Numbered from the stretch's first letter, positions 25,550 through 34,349 are shown. The stretch: 64,000 nucleotides of DNA from Candidatus Woesearchaeota archaeon (GCA_964452525.1 CAYVLZ010000002.1:2392-66391), one strand, 5' to 3'. Notes: a model not told the origin generated them from the sequence alone. Translations and numbers: made by a program.

Positions 25550-27309
25550 TAATAATTATCCAATAAAGAATTTAAATGATTCTGACAAACAGGATCAAAT
25601 ACATTATCATTCTCTTGTATCGTGAACATAATACAACTATCAAAAGTAGGCCTCCAACCAGAATAACCATCACACTGCCAATAACAACCAGTTCCCTCTT
25701 GACATTCAGTTCCAACACTTTCTAGATAATACTTACCTACACAACTTGTACCAAAATAAGGATCTGGAACATCTAACCACATACATCCCCAATCATCTTC
25801 ACAAGTATCCATATCTAAGATATAATTACATTCATTGAATATAGTTTCAGGTTCTACAGGTTCACCACTACACCAATCTGAACATGCATCTGTTGTATTA
25901 GCAGGTTCACAGTTTGGCAACCAGGTCTTTGATTCATGTGCAGTATTTACATACTCATCTGATAATCCACCAAAGCTATGCCCAAATTCATGTACTGTAA
26001 CCCCCGGAGCAGGACCGAATCTTGAATAAGCACGAGATACTGCAAAATGACCATTTAGATAAGCCCAACCCCGAGCATTATCCGAATTTACCAAAACAAT
26101 GACCTCATCATAACCACCGCACTGTTCTGCCAAATTACGAGCAACATTGGATTTACAAGTCGTTGAACTATCACAATCAAGATCTCTATAATCATCTATG
26201 AAATAAAAATTAAACTTTTCAGCATTAGATTGGAAAGGCTCTATAGATAAAATACCTTCATATTCATCATTAACATCGATATGCTCTGTAACAACATTTC
26301 TAAATTCTTGTTTTCTTTCACTAGATAAAGATTCAACAAAAACAACATACATATTTCCTTTCCCTTCATTACCATCTATACCAACATAACCAGATTCAAA
26401 ATCTTTATAATATACGTTATGTTGAACACGTCCATTAAGAGCTTCTATAATAACATAGTTATCATTATCTATCCATCCTTCTTCTTGAACCCAAGAAGGA
26501 AGTCCTTCTCTAGTATCTAAAGCAACATAAACCCTAGATTCTTCGTTCAATATAAAATTTAAAAAATCTTCTCCAATTTCATCCTTATCATCATTAGCAG
26601 TTCTTATCCATGTTAAATATTTATAACCATAATGTACAGGTATGCTTACAATATGATAACCCCTATCAACATAATAAATATCTGAATAACCCATATCTTG
26701 CTCAATTATATAATTTTCAGGATTTAAATCGCTTATTTCTGTATACCTGCTAAAATTATCAGAAACAAACACAACATCAATCTTATTCTCTTGATCACCA
26801 TTCTTAATTAAGGTCTTACATACATTATCAAGTTCTTTTATAGAAACAGCAACCCTACTTTTTTGAGCAATCTCTATATCTAGACCCCTAGTATTTTTAT
26901 CTAAAACCTTAGTATTCCCAGAATCCCTAATCTCCATCTTTTCCACACCTTTAACATAAGGTACTCTTATAGTAAAATCAAATTCTTCCCTTACAAGTTC
27001 CTCTCCAGATAATCCATTTTCATCAAGGTTATCTATACTAATTTTCCTAGGAACATCAAATTTAAAGGAATAAATTTCTTTGTTTTTTCTCATTAAAGAG
27101 AGAGTATAAGCCTCTTCAGAGAATATTGCATAATCCGGTGCCATACCCTTTCTAACTTCATATCCATTTACACTAATCTTACCATTATCATAATGTAAAT
27201 CCATATCTACAACATATTTGTCAGTATGAGATTCCGTAGTCTTAAAACTGAATACAACACTAATTAAGAACAGACTCAATATTATGGCTAAAATTTTGCT
27301 TTTCATCAT
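25546..27309 (-). CDS. Secreted M64-like (IgA-peptidase family) zinc metalloprotease carrying the window-specific conserved module
   Basis: Signal peptide. VTVHEFGHSFGGLSDEY (HExxH...DEY, M64-type) lies near 25950-26003. An internal YYVDRGY...WIRTANDDK...VYVALDTREGLPSW...GNEGKGNMYVVFV spans 26335..26676. The C-terminus is Cys-rich. Confidence 0.65.
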   Translation of the reverse strand: MMKSKILAIILSLFLISVVFSFKTTESHTDKYVVDMDLHYDNGKISVNGYEVRKGMAPDYAIFSEEAYTLSLMRKNKEIYSFKFDVPRKISIDNLDENGLSGEELVREEFDFTIRVPYVKGVEKMEIRDSGNTKVLDKNTRGLDIEIAQKSRVAVSIKELDNVCKTLIKNGDQENKIDVVFVSDNFSRYTEISDLNPENYIIEQDMGYSDIYYVDRGYHIVSIPVHYGYKYLTWIRTANDDKDEIGEDFLNFILNEESRVYVALDTREGLPSWVQEEGWIDNDNYVIIEALNGRVQHNVYYKDFESGYVGIDGNEGKGNMYVVFVESLSSERKQEFRNVVTEHIDVNDEYEGILSIEPFQSNAEKFNFYFIDDYRDLDCDSSTTCKSNVARNLAEQCGGYDEVIVLVNSDNARGWAYLNGHFAVSRAYSRFGPAPGVTVHEFGHSFGGLSDEYVNTAHESKTWLPNCEPANTTDACSDWCSGEPVEPETIFNECNYILDMDTCEDDWGCMWLDVPDPYFGTSCVGKYYLESVGTECQEGTGCYWQCDGYSGWRPTFDSCIMFTIQENDNVFDPVCQNHLNSLLDNYY

Positions 27310-27536
27310 GCTATTCTTATGGGAAAGCTCCTTTATATAGTTTTCTATTTTTGTCCCTTTATGGTAACTACAAATATTATACCTTAAAGTACTCCTAACA
27401 CAAAGATCTATACATTTTTATATATTATCTATATATTCCAACTAAAATATACCATTTTTTTACCGAAAGCTTTATAAATAACCTCTGACTATAATACTAT
27501 AATAGCCGTTAAAGGCCATTTCTTAAGAACGCTAAA

Positions 27537-27881
27537 ATGAATGAAGATCCAGCAAAGATACCGTTTTCGAAGCCAATGTTAGTTCTAAAAGTTAAAGACT
27601 CTTACAAAGCTCCCTATCATAAAAATAAATACCTGGAAGTAAAGAAAAAACACCTTAAAAATAAGAGGCATTTCCAGAAACACGTACAGGGAGTCTCTAA
27701 TAAATGGAGTAATGGTACTTATGAGCTCCAGTACATGATATCTCAATCAGGATACAACGGTCTATATTCCACCTTTGTAAGATTTGACGTAAGAAACGGC
27801 AGGGTCTCAAAGATATGGAAGAGCTCTCCATTCACCAAAAAAGAGTACTGTTGCTGGCAATTCTTTAAAAAAACCAAATAA
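27537..27881 (+). CDS. Hypothetical basic protein
   Basis: 114-aa ORF. The TATA box at 27471 lies about 66 nt upstream. No family recognised. Confidence 0.4.
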   Translation: MNEDPAKIPFSKPMLVLKVKDSYKAPYHKNKYLEVKKKHLKNKRHFQKHVQGVSNKWSNGTYELQYMISQSGYNGLYSTFVRFDVRNGRVSKIWKSSPFTKKEYCCWQFFKKTK

Positions 27882-27959
27882 ATAGAAAACTTTATAAAAT
27901 CCTTTCTTTTATTGTTTGTGTCGAGAGAAGAAAGTGAGCTAACTTTCTTAAGGTTTAAA

Positions 27960-28295
27960 ATGAAACCTATATTACCTGTATTAAAAGAAAAAAAACGTTA
28001 CATTACTTTTGAAATTGTAACTAATGGGAATTTAAATAAACAAAAGACTAAAGAAGAAATAGAGAAGGCTTGTTTAAAATTCCTTGGTGAACTTGGAGTT
28101 GCTAAAGCTGGATTGATGTTCATAAGCTTTAATAAGGTAAAAGGAATATTAAAAGTTAATAACAAATACGTTGATGAAGTTAAAACAGCACTTTCCTTAA
28201 TTAAAGAAGTAGATAATAAAAACGTAATTGTTAATTGCATCGGCGTATCAGGTATTTTAAAAAAAACAAAACAAAAATATTTGGAGGTGGTCTAA
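27960..28295 (+). CDS. rnp2: RNase P protein component 2 (Pop5)
   Basis: MKPILPVLKEKKRYITFEIV... fits the Pop5 pattern (R/K-x-K-x-RY-I-x-F-E). The ATG at 27960 is preferred over the TTG at 27912. Its position upstream of psmA matches the archaeal exosome superoperon. Confidence 0.7.
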   Translation: MKPILPVLKEKKRYITFEIVTNGNLNKQKTKEEIEKACLKFLGELGVAKAGLMFISFNKVKGILKVNNKYVDEVKTALSLIKEVDNKNVIVNCIGVSGILKKTKQKYLEVV

Positions 28296-28472
28296 TTGGA
28301 AAAATGGGAGATACTCGGCTATGTTGCAGCAATATTTAATCCATTACCGACTGGAATGGCAGCAGGATATTTTCTTTATACAGATAAAAAATATAAAAAG
28401 ACAGGGAGGAATGTACTACTAGTTTCTGTATTACTTTTAGCAATACTTTTAGTACTTACCTTTGGAGGTTAA
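28296..28472 (+). CDS. Candidate 58-aa two-TM membrane protein (TTG start), absent from ORF track
   Basis: (M)EKWEILGYVAAIFNPLPTGMAAGYFLYTDKKYKKTGRNVLLVSVLLLAILLVLTFGG. The SD ggaggtg (28282-28288) lies 7 nt upstream of the TTG. The ORF fills the gap between Pop5 and psmA exactly. Confidence 0.4.
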   Translation: MEKWEILGYVAAIFNPLPTGMAAGYFLYTDKKYKKTGRNVLLVSVLLLAILLVLTFGG

Positions 28473-28473
28473 G

Positions 28474-29187
28474 ATGCAACCAAACATTTCACACCAAATG
28501 ATGGGATACGACAGGACATCGACCATGTTCAGTCCAGAAGGAAGATTATTGCAGGCAGAATATGCTAAGAAAACAATAAAGCATGGAACTTCTGCTCTTG
28601 GAATAGTTTATAGAGACGGAGTTCTATTATTGGCAGATAAGAGAGTTGTAGATAAATTAATATTAACCGAATCAGTTGAAAAAGTATTTCAAGTAGACGA
28701 CCATATAGGGGCCGCTGCATCTGGAATTCTAAGTGACGGGAGAATCTTAATAGAAAAAGCACAAATTATATCTCAACAACACAGAGTTACATATGACGAA
28801 ACAATAGACACCCATACCCTAGTCAAAGAGATATGCGATACTAAACAATGGTTCACTCAAATGGGAGGTGTAAGACCTTTTGGTGTTGCTCTATTAATCG
28901 CAGGAGTAAATACAAAACCAAGTCTATTTGTAACAGATCCTACAGGATTATATTTTGAGTATAAAGCAACAGCAATAGGAGAAGGAGAAGATGAAATAAA
29001 AGAAATATTAAACAAAAGATATAAAGAAAACATGTCTCTTAACGATGCTGTTAAACTAGGAATGTTTGCACTCAGATCTGCTCTTAAGAAACAATTCAGC
29101 TTAGATAGAATTGATGGTGCTTACATTGACCTAAAAGAAAAACAATATCATAAAATAAACAAAGATTTCATTAGAAAAATTAAATAA
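28474..29187 (+). CDS. psmA: Proteasome subunit alpha
   Basis: YDRTSTMFSPEGRLLQAEYA signature. SD ggaggt lies upstream. The ATG at 28474 is preferred over the TTG at 28462. Confidence 0.95.
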   Translation: MQPNISHQMMGYDRTSTMFSPEGRLLQAEYAKKTIKHGTSALGIVYRDGVLLLADKRVVDKLILTESVEKVFQVDDHIGAAASGILSDGRILIEKAQIISQQHRVTYDETIDTHTLVKEICDTKQWFTQMGGVRPFGVALLIAGVNTKPSLFVTDPTGLYFEYKATAIGEGEDEIKEILNKRYKENMSLNDAVKLGMFALRSALKKQFSLDRIDGAYIDLKEKQYHKINKDFIRKIK

Positions 29188-29191
29188 CAAA

Positions 29192-29890
29192 ATGGTAGAT
29201 ATAGATAAAGCAGTAATTGCAAGACTCAAAATTCAAGGAAACACTTTTGAGATTCTAGTAGATTGTGACAAAGCACTTCTTTTTAAGAAAGGTAAATCTA
29301 CTTTAGAAGAAGCTCTAGCCACCAACGACATATATAAGGATGTCAAAAAAGGTGAGCATGCTTCCGAAACAGATATTAAGAATATATTCGGAACAGAAGA
29401 CAAAAAGAAAGTGGCAGAAGCTATAATCAAGAAAGGTGAGATACAGTTAACAGCAGAATACAAAAATAAACTAAGAGAAGAAAAAAGAAATAGAATAGTA
29501 GAGTTAATACATAGAAATGCAGTAGACCCCAAAACCAACTTGCCCCATCCACCACAAAGGATCAGAAATGCTTTAGATGAAGCAAAAGTTCATATTGACG
29601 AATTCAAAAATGCAGAAGAGCAAGTAGATGAGATAGTAACCAAATTAAGAATAATATTGCCGATAAACTATGAAATTAGACAATTATCTATAATCGTTCC
29701 TGCTGAATTTGTTGGAAAGTGCCATTCTATATTAAACCAGTATAGTAAAGTTATTAAAGAAGACTGGAGAAACGATGGAAGTTTAAACGCTACTGTAGAA
29801 GTGGCAGCAGGAATGCAGTCAACTTTATTTGAGCACTTAAACAAAGTTGCTCACGGAAAGATAGAATCAAAAGTTATAGGAACAAAATAA
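29192..29890 (+). CDS. sdo1: SBDS-family ribosome maturation protein
   Basis: ARLKIQGNTFEILVD N-terminal FYSH domain. The position after psmA is conserved. Confidence 0.9.
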   Translation: MVDIDKAVIARLKIQGNTFEILVDCDKALLFKKGKSTLEEALATNDIYKDVKKGEHASETDIKNIFGTEDKKKVAEAIIKKGEIQLTAEYKNKLREEKRNRIVELIHRNAVDPKTNLPHPPQRIRNALDEAKVHIDEFKNAEEQVDEIVTKLRIILPINYEIRQLSIIVPAEFVGKCHSILNQYSKVIKEDWRNDGSLNATVEVAAGMQSTLFEHLNKVAHGKIESKVIGTK

Positions 29891-29891
29891 A

Positions 29892-30587
29892 ATGACAAAA
29901 TTATTAATAGAAAATAAAACTGTTGTAACGCCTGGAGAGGTTCTAGCAGAAGGCATGGATTTTCTACCAAGCGAAGGCGCATTTAGGGAAGAAGATAAGA
30001 TTATATCTTCGAGATTAGGATTAGTAAGTGCTGAAGGCCGTTTAGTTAAGGTAATCCCTTTGACAGGACGCTATATCCCAAAGAAAGGAGACCAAGTTAT
30101 TGGAGAGATATCAGACATTACCTTTGGAGGATGGCGTGTTGACATAGGTTGGGCCTTTGATGCCAATATATCCATGAAAGATGGTTCTCGTGATTATATA
30201 GAAAGAGGAGCAGATCTTAGTCAATACTTTAGTTACGGAGACATTGTTTTTGGAAAGATAACACAAGTAGCCGGATCTAAGATAATAGATATAACTATGA
30301 ATGGAATTAATCTTAGGAAGCTCAAAGGTGGAAGGATAATTGAATGTAGTCCAAACAAAGTACCAAGAATAATTGGAAAGAAAGGAAGCATGATAACAAT
30401 GATAAAAGAAAAGACTAATTCAAATATAATTGTTGGTCAAAATGGTAAAATATGGATAAATGCTCCAGACAGAAAGATGGAAATTATCGCTGTTAGGGCA
30501 ATAAGACTGATAGAAGAAAAATCACATTTATCAGGATTGACAGAGGAGGTCAATAAATTTCTAGAAGAAAATGTACAAAAGAAGTAA
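29892..30587 (+). CDS. rrp4: Exosome complex RNA-binding subunit Rrp4 (S1 + KH)
   Basis: VTPGEVLAEG..., GDQVIGEISDITFGGWRVDIG (S1), RIIGKKGSMITMIKEKTN (KH). Confidence 0.9.
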   Translation: MTKLLIENKTVVTPGEVLAEGMDFLPSEGAFREEDKIISSRLGLVSAEGRLVKVIPLTGRYIPKKGDQVIGEISDITFGGWRVDIGWAFDANISMKDGSRDYIERGADLSQYFSYGDIVFGKITQVAGSKIIDITMNGINLRKLKGGRIIECSPNKVPRIIGKKGSMITMIKEKTNSNIIVGQNGKIWINAPDRKMEIIAVRAIRLIEEKSHLSGLTEEVNKFLEENVQKK

Positions 30588-31269
30588 AAGGAAAAATGAT
30601 GAATTAAGACCAATAGAAACCAAGGTCGGAGTCGTAAAAAGAGCTGATGGCTCTGCAATGTTTAAGATAGGGGACACAATAGCTATAGCAGCTGTCTATG
30701 GTCCTAGAGAATTATATCCCGCCTTCCAACAAAATGTTAAAAAAGGTGTTCTAAGATGCAGTTACGATTTAATGTCTTTCTCTGTTACCGAAAGAAAAAG
30801 ACCCGGTCCAAGCAGAAGAAGCACTGAAATATCCATGGTAACAGAAAACGCTTTATCTACTGTAGTTGATCTTGATGATTTTCCCAATACTGTAGTAGAT
30901 GTTTTCATAGACATAGTACAAGCAGACGCAAGTACAAGGTGTGCAGGAATTTGTGCTGCTGCAATGGCTCTTGCTGACGCAGGCATTCCAATGAAAGATC
31001 TTGTATCAGCAGTTTCAGTTGGAAAAGTTGACAAAGAAATATTATTAGATATCGATAAAGAAGAAGAAGATGTTGATCCTTGTACGGACATCCCAGTTTC
31101 TATAATACCAAGGACTGGAAAAATAAATTTGTTACAATTAGATGGAAATGTTACTAAAGAAGATCTTAAAAAAGCCATTGAGATGGCTAAGAAAGGTTGC
31201 GAAAAAATCTACAAAATACAAAAAGAAGCATTAAAGGAGAGATACAAAAATATAGAAAATGGAAAATAA
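30571..31269 (+). CDS. rrp41: Exosome complex exonuclease Rrp41 (RNase PH-like)
   Basis: DELRPIETKVGVVKRADGSAMFKIGDT..., GPSRRSTEIS, DASTRCAGICAAAMALADAGIPM. Confidence 0.9.
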   Translation: MYKRSKRKNDELRPIETKVGVVKRADGSAMFKIGDTIAIAAVYGPRELYPAFQQNVKKGVLRCSYDLMSFSVTERKRPGPSRRSTEISMVTENALSTVVDLDDFPNTVVDVFIDIVQADASTRCAGICAAAMALADAGIPMKDLVSAVSVGKVDKEILLDIDKEEEDVDPCTDIPVSIIPRTGKINLLQLDGNVTKEDLKKAIEMAKKGCEKIYKIQKEALKERYKNIENGK

Positions 31270-31999
31270 CCTTAGATTAGATGGAAGAAAACCCTTGGAT
31301 TGGAGGAAGCCAATAAAAATAGAACTTAATATTTCTAAAAAAGCAGAGGGCTCTGCTAAAGTAACTATTGGAGAAACCGAAGTAATGGCTGGTGTTAAAA
31401 TGGACGTCGGTGAACCATATACAGACAGTCCAGATAAAGGTGTTTTAATAACCGGAGCCGAGTTACTTCCCTTATCATCTCCAGAGTTTGATCCTGGTCC
31501 TCCAGATAAACAATCAATAGAACTTGCAAGAGTCATAGATAGAGGAATTAGAGAGTCCGGAATGATTGACGTTAAAAAACTATGTATAAGAAAAGGTGAA
31601 CTGGTATGGATAGTTTTCTTAGATATATATACGATAAATGATGCTGGAAATCTAATAGACGCAGCTACTTTAGCAGCAGTAGCAGCCCTTAAAAATGCAG
31701 TATTACCTAAACTAGAAAAAGATAAAATTAAATATGGAGATTTTACAAAGACTAAACTGCCGTTAACTAAAACTCCAATAACTTGCACCATAAATAAAGT
31801 AAAAGAACAATTTTTAGTCGACGTTAATTCAGAAGAAGAAAAGATGACAGAAGCAAGATTAAGCATAGCTATAGGAGAAAAAGATGAAATAAATGCTATG
31901 CAACTTGGTTGTACAGAACCTTTAACACAAGAAGAAATATTAAAGATGGTCGATATTGCAATAGATAAAACAAAAGAATTAAGGAAGTTATTAAAATGA
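31259..31999 (+). CDS. rrp42: Exosome complex subunit Rrp42
   Basis: [60 protein letters not shown]. Confidence 0.9.
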   Translation: MENNLRLDGRKPLDWRKPIKIELNISKKAEGSAKVTIGETEVMAGVKMDVGEPYTDSPDKGVLITGAELLPLSSPEFDPGPPDKQSIELARVIDRGIRESGMIDVKKLCIRKGELVWIVFLDIYTINDAGNLIDAATLAAVAALKNAVLPKLEKDKIKYGDFTKTKLPLTKTPITCTINKVKEQFLVDVNSEEEKMTEARLSIAIGEKDEINAMQLGCTEPLTQEEILKMVDIAIDKTKELRKLLK

Positions 32000-32196
32000 A
32001 ATACACCAAGTACGAAATAGCAAGAATCATCGGTGCAAGAGCTCTGCAATTATCAATGGGAGCCCCAATCTTATTAAAATTCACAAAAAAAGATCTAGAA
32101 AAGATTAACTATAATCCTTTAGAAATTTCTAAAATGGAATTTGATAAAGATCTGCTTCCAATAACAATAAGAAGACCTCTACCAGAAAAGAGATAA
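31996..32196 (+). CDS. rpoK: DNA-directed RNA polymerase subunit K (Rpb6)
   Basis: [23 protein letters not shown]. Confidence 0.9.
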   Translation: MKYTKYEIARIIGARALQLSMGAPILLKFTKKDLEKINYNPLEISKMEFDKDLLPITIRRPLPEKR

Positions 32197-32237
32197 GAAA
32201 GGAAAAAATTATAAATATAAAAATTTAATTTTAATTT

Positions 32238-34349
32238 ATGAGAAGATATGTATTATTCCTATTCTTAATATCAATCATAAGTTTTTACATTATTCCCAAT
32301 ACTTATGCTACAACAGAAACAACCCTTCTCTGGTATCCTTATGCGGAATGGAGCTTTGATAATCCTGAATGGTCAGAGGAGAACCCATTTGACCTGCAGG
32401 CTCAGGCGATTTTCACTGATTCTCGCGGAAGCTCCCCTTACTTGTTCTATGACGGATCTGACACCTGGAAGCTGAGATATATGTGTACAGAGGTAGGTAC
32501 ATTTGAATTTGTCACATCCTCCACAGACCCCGACCTTGACGGGTTGACAGGAGAGGTAATCTGCCAGAACAATCCAGATGGTATGGGACCGCTTGTCTCT
32601 GCAGGTAGTGATGGCAAGAAGTTTTATGTGCAGGGATGGGAAAAAGCCATCATCCCCGCATGGGTCATGATGCCCGGTCCTGACAGATACGATACTTATC
32701 CGGACATAATTGACCAATGGATAGAGAACAACATCCGGAAATCTGGATTTATCGGAGCCCACAACGGCCCAACAGGCAATGAATGGTATGAATGGGGGTG
32801 CGATGGTTCAATAGCAGACTGTGATGGGGAGAATCCAGATCCAGATACTTTTGCAGCTTATGAAGAAATGCTTGATATGATGTATCAAAACGGAGCTTTC
32901 GTACATTTGTGGGCATTCGGAGACTACCAAAGCGGAACATTAGACAAGTTTCACCCAAAGAATGAGAATCCTCAGGGAGGGGGTGAATACGAGGAGCAAA
33001 GAACAAGGCTTAGACACTACATAGCCGACAGACTGGGAGCAATACCCAACTGGATGATGGGAGAAGGCTATGACAACCACGAGGATGATGATGATCCCAG
33101 ATGGGCGACTTATCCAGAAGATTGGTATAATGACATAAACAACAGGTTAGAATGGCACCATTTCTTGGGAATGAGGGTCAGGAAGAATACATATGACATC
33201 ATATGTGATAATTGTAACTATGATTCCTGGGCTACTGTAGATGATCCCAAAGGCAATGTTAACTATAACAGCTTTTCAGAATCATATGATCAAGCTGATG
33301 GGAAACCTGCTTTTGAAGAAGACAGGTACAGATACAGAATGTTCTATGGAGAAAAAGACCTAGATTCTGTTGATGATCAACGCCATTTCATGTGGTGGCA
33401 AGCTATGAGCGGTGGTGTCGGAGCCATATACGGATATCTTTTCGATGGCACAGAAGATATAGGATATTCTATTCCAGAGGGTTATCCTGATGAATGGCAT
33501 ACCCAAATAAAAGCATGGCATGATTTCTGGTATGAAACAGAAAGTGACCCCCATAGATTTTTCCCATCTATGGAAAGATGTAATGACATAACCAATAATC
33601 ATGGCCTTTGTGAAGTTGGAAAATACTACATCTTCCAAGATGAAGATGTTGAAACATTAACATTTGATATATCCAATTTAATTGGTAGTGTACATGCTGT
33701 AGCAATGGATACAAAAACGGGAGATGTAATTGATTTAGGAGAGGTAGACTCATCATACAATGAGTTCACTGCTCCCCACAATTCAGATTGGGTTGTTGCT
33801 ATAGGTAATTTTGAAGAACAATCTGAACCCCCAATAATATCTAATCTTAGATGTACCACATCTGGTGGTAGAAGGGTTAAATTTGAATGGGAAACAATTA
33901 TGCCTTCTACATCTCGAGTAGGATTTGGAACATATTCGAATGATATTTTCTATCCTGGTTATCAAAACTATATATCTGAAGATGATTCTGGACAAGAATA
34001 TGTAACATACCATTCAATTAGCTATTTGACTAATGTAATATATCCTCCTGGGACGAAGTTTTATTATAGAGTTCAAAGTGAAAATGAAGATGGAGATATT
34101 TCAACCTTCCCACCAATTTATACAGATGACTGTGAATGTCGAATAAGCCCCCAACCAACGATGGTAATAGGAATACCGTCTTATGTAGATGAAAATAAAA
34201 ACAATAAGATAGATGTTTCAGAAGTAATAAATTCTTTCTTTGCTTGGTTCAGAGGAGAAATGACTAAAGATGAATTATTAATGGTTGTACAATCCTGGAA
34301 TAAAAAAACAATACCAATGCAAGGCTCGGTACAAGAATGCAACCCTTAG
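32238..34349 (+). CDS. Secreted DUF5060-like + GH-A-like glycoside hydrolase, FN3-like domain, dockerin-like module
   Basis: Signal peptide. N-terminal beta-sandwich (WYPYAEWSFDNPEW...NPFDLQAQAIF...WKLRYMCTEVGTFEF). A TIM-barrel-like middle region. FN3-like region VKFEWETIMPSTSRVGFG...TKFYYRVQSENEDGD. VDENKNNKIDVSEVINSFFAWFRGEM lies at 34186..34307. Confidence 0.55.
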   Translation: MRRYVLFLFLISIISFYIIPNTYATTETTLLWYPYAEWSFDNPEWSEENPFDLQAQAIFTDSRGSSPYLFYDGSDTWKLRYMCTEVGTFEFVTSSTDPDLDGLTGEVICQNNPDGMGPLVSAGSDGKKFYVQGWEKAIIPAWVMMPGPDRYDTYPDIIDQWIENNIRKSGFIGAHNGPTGNEWYEWGCDGSIADCDGENPDPDTFAAYEEMLDMMYQNGAFVHLWAFGDYQSGTLDKFHPKNENPQGGGEYEEQRTRLRHYIADRLGAIPNWMMGEGYDNHEDDDDPRWATYPEDWYNDINNRLEWHHFLGMRVRKNTYDIICDNCNYDSWATVDDPKGNVNYNSFSESYDQADGKPAFEEDRYRYRMFYGEKDLDSVDDQRHFMWWQAMSGGVGAIYGYLFDGTEDIGYSIPEGYPDEWHTQIKAWHDFWYETESDPHRFFPSMERCNDITNNHGLCEVGKYYIFQDEDVETLTFDISNLIGSVHAVAMDTKTGDVIDLGEVDSSYNEFTAPHNSDWVVAIGNFEEQSEPPIISNLRCTTSGGRRVKFEWETIMPSTSRVGFGTYSNDIFYPGYQNYISEDDSGQEYVTYHSISYLTNVIYPPGTKFYYRVQSENEDGDISTFPPIYTDDCECRISPQPTMVIGIPSYVDENKNNKIDVSEVINSFFAWFRGEMTKDELLMVVQSWNKKTIPMQGSVQECNP

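Noticed and set aside
27310-27536. 227-nt AT-rich intergenic region checked for ncRNA, C/D-box sRNA or origin-like repeats
   Set aside because: No C box (RUGAUGA) / D box (CUGA) pairing, ORB-like repeats or stable extended structure could be seen by eye. It contains only promoter-like TATA boxes for the divergent genes.
31231-32049. 272-aa minus-strand ORF covering rrp42 and the end of rrp41
   Set aside because: It lies antisense to two genes with unmistakable RNase PH-type motifs. Its product is Ser/Phe/Ile/Leu-rich low complexity, as expected for the shadow of an AT-rich, Lys/Glu-rich gene. It has no promoter or SD.
32373-34013. Cluster of six minus-strand ORFs (62-129 aa) inside the 32238..34349 gene
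   Set aside because: The locally elevated GC removes stop codons in other frames, and these ORFs are the result. They overlap each other and the long sense ORF. The cluster was used only as a pointer to the GC anomaly.
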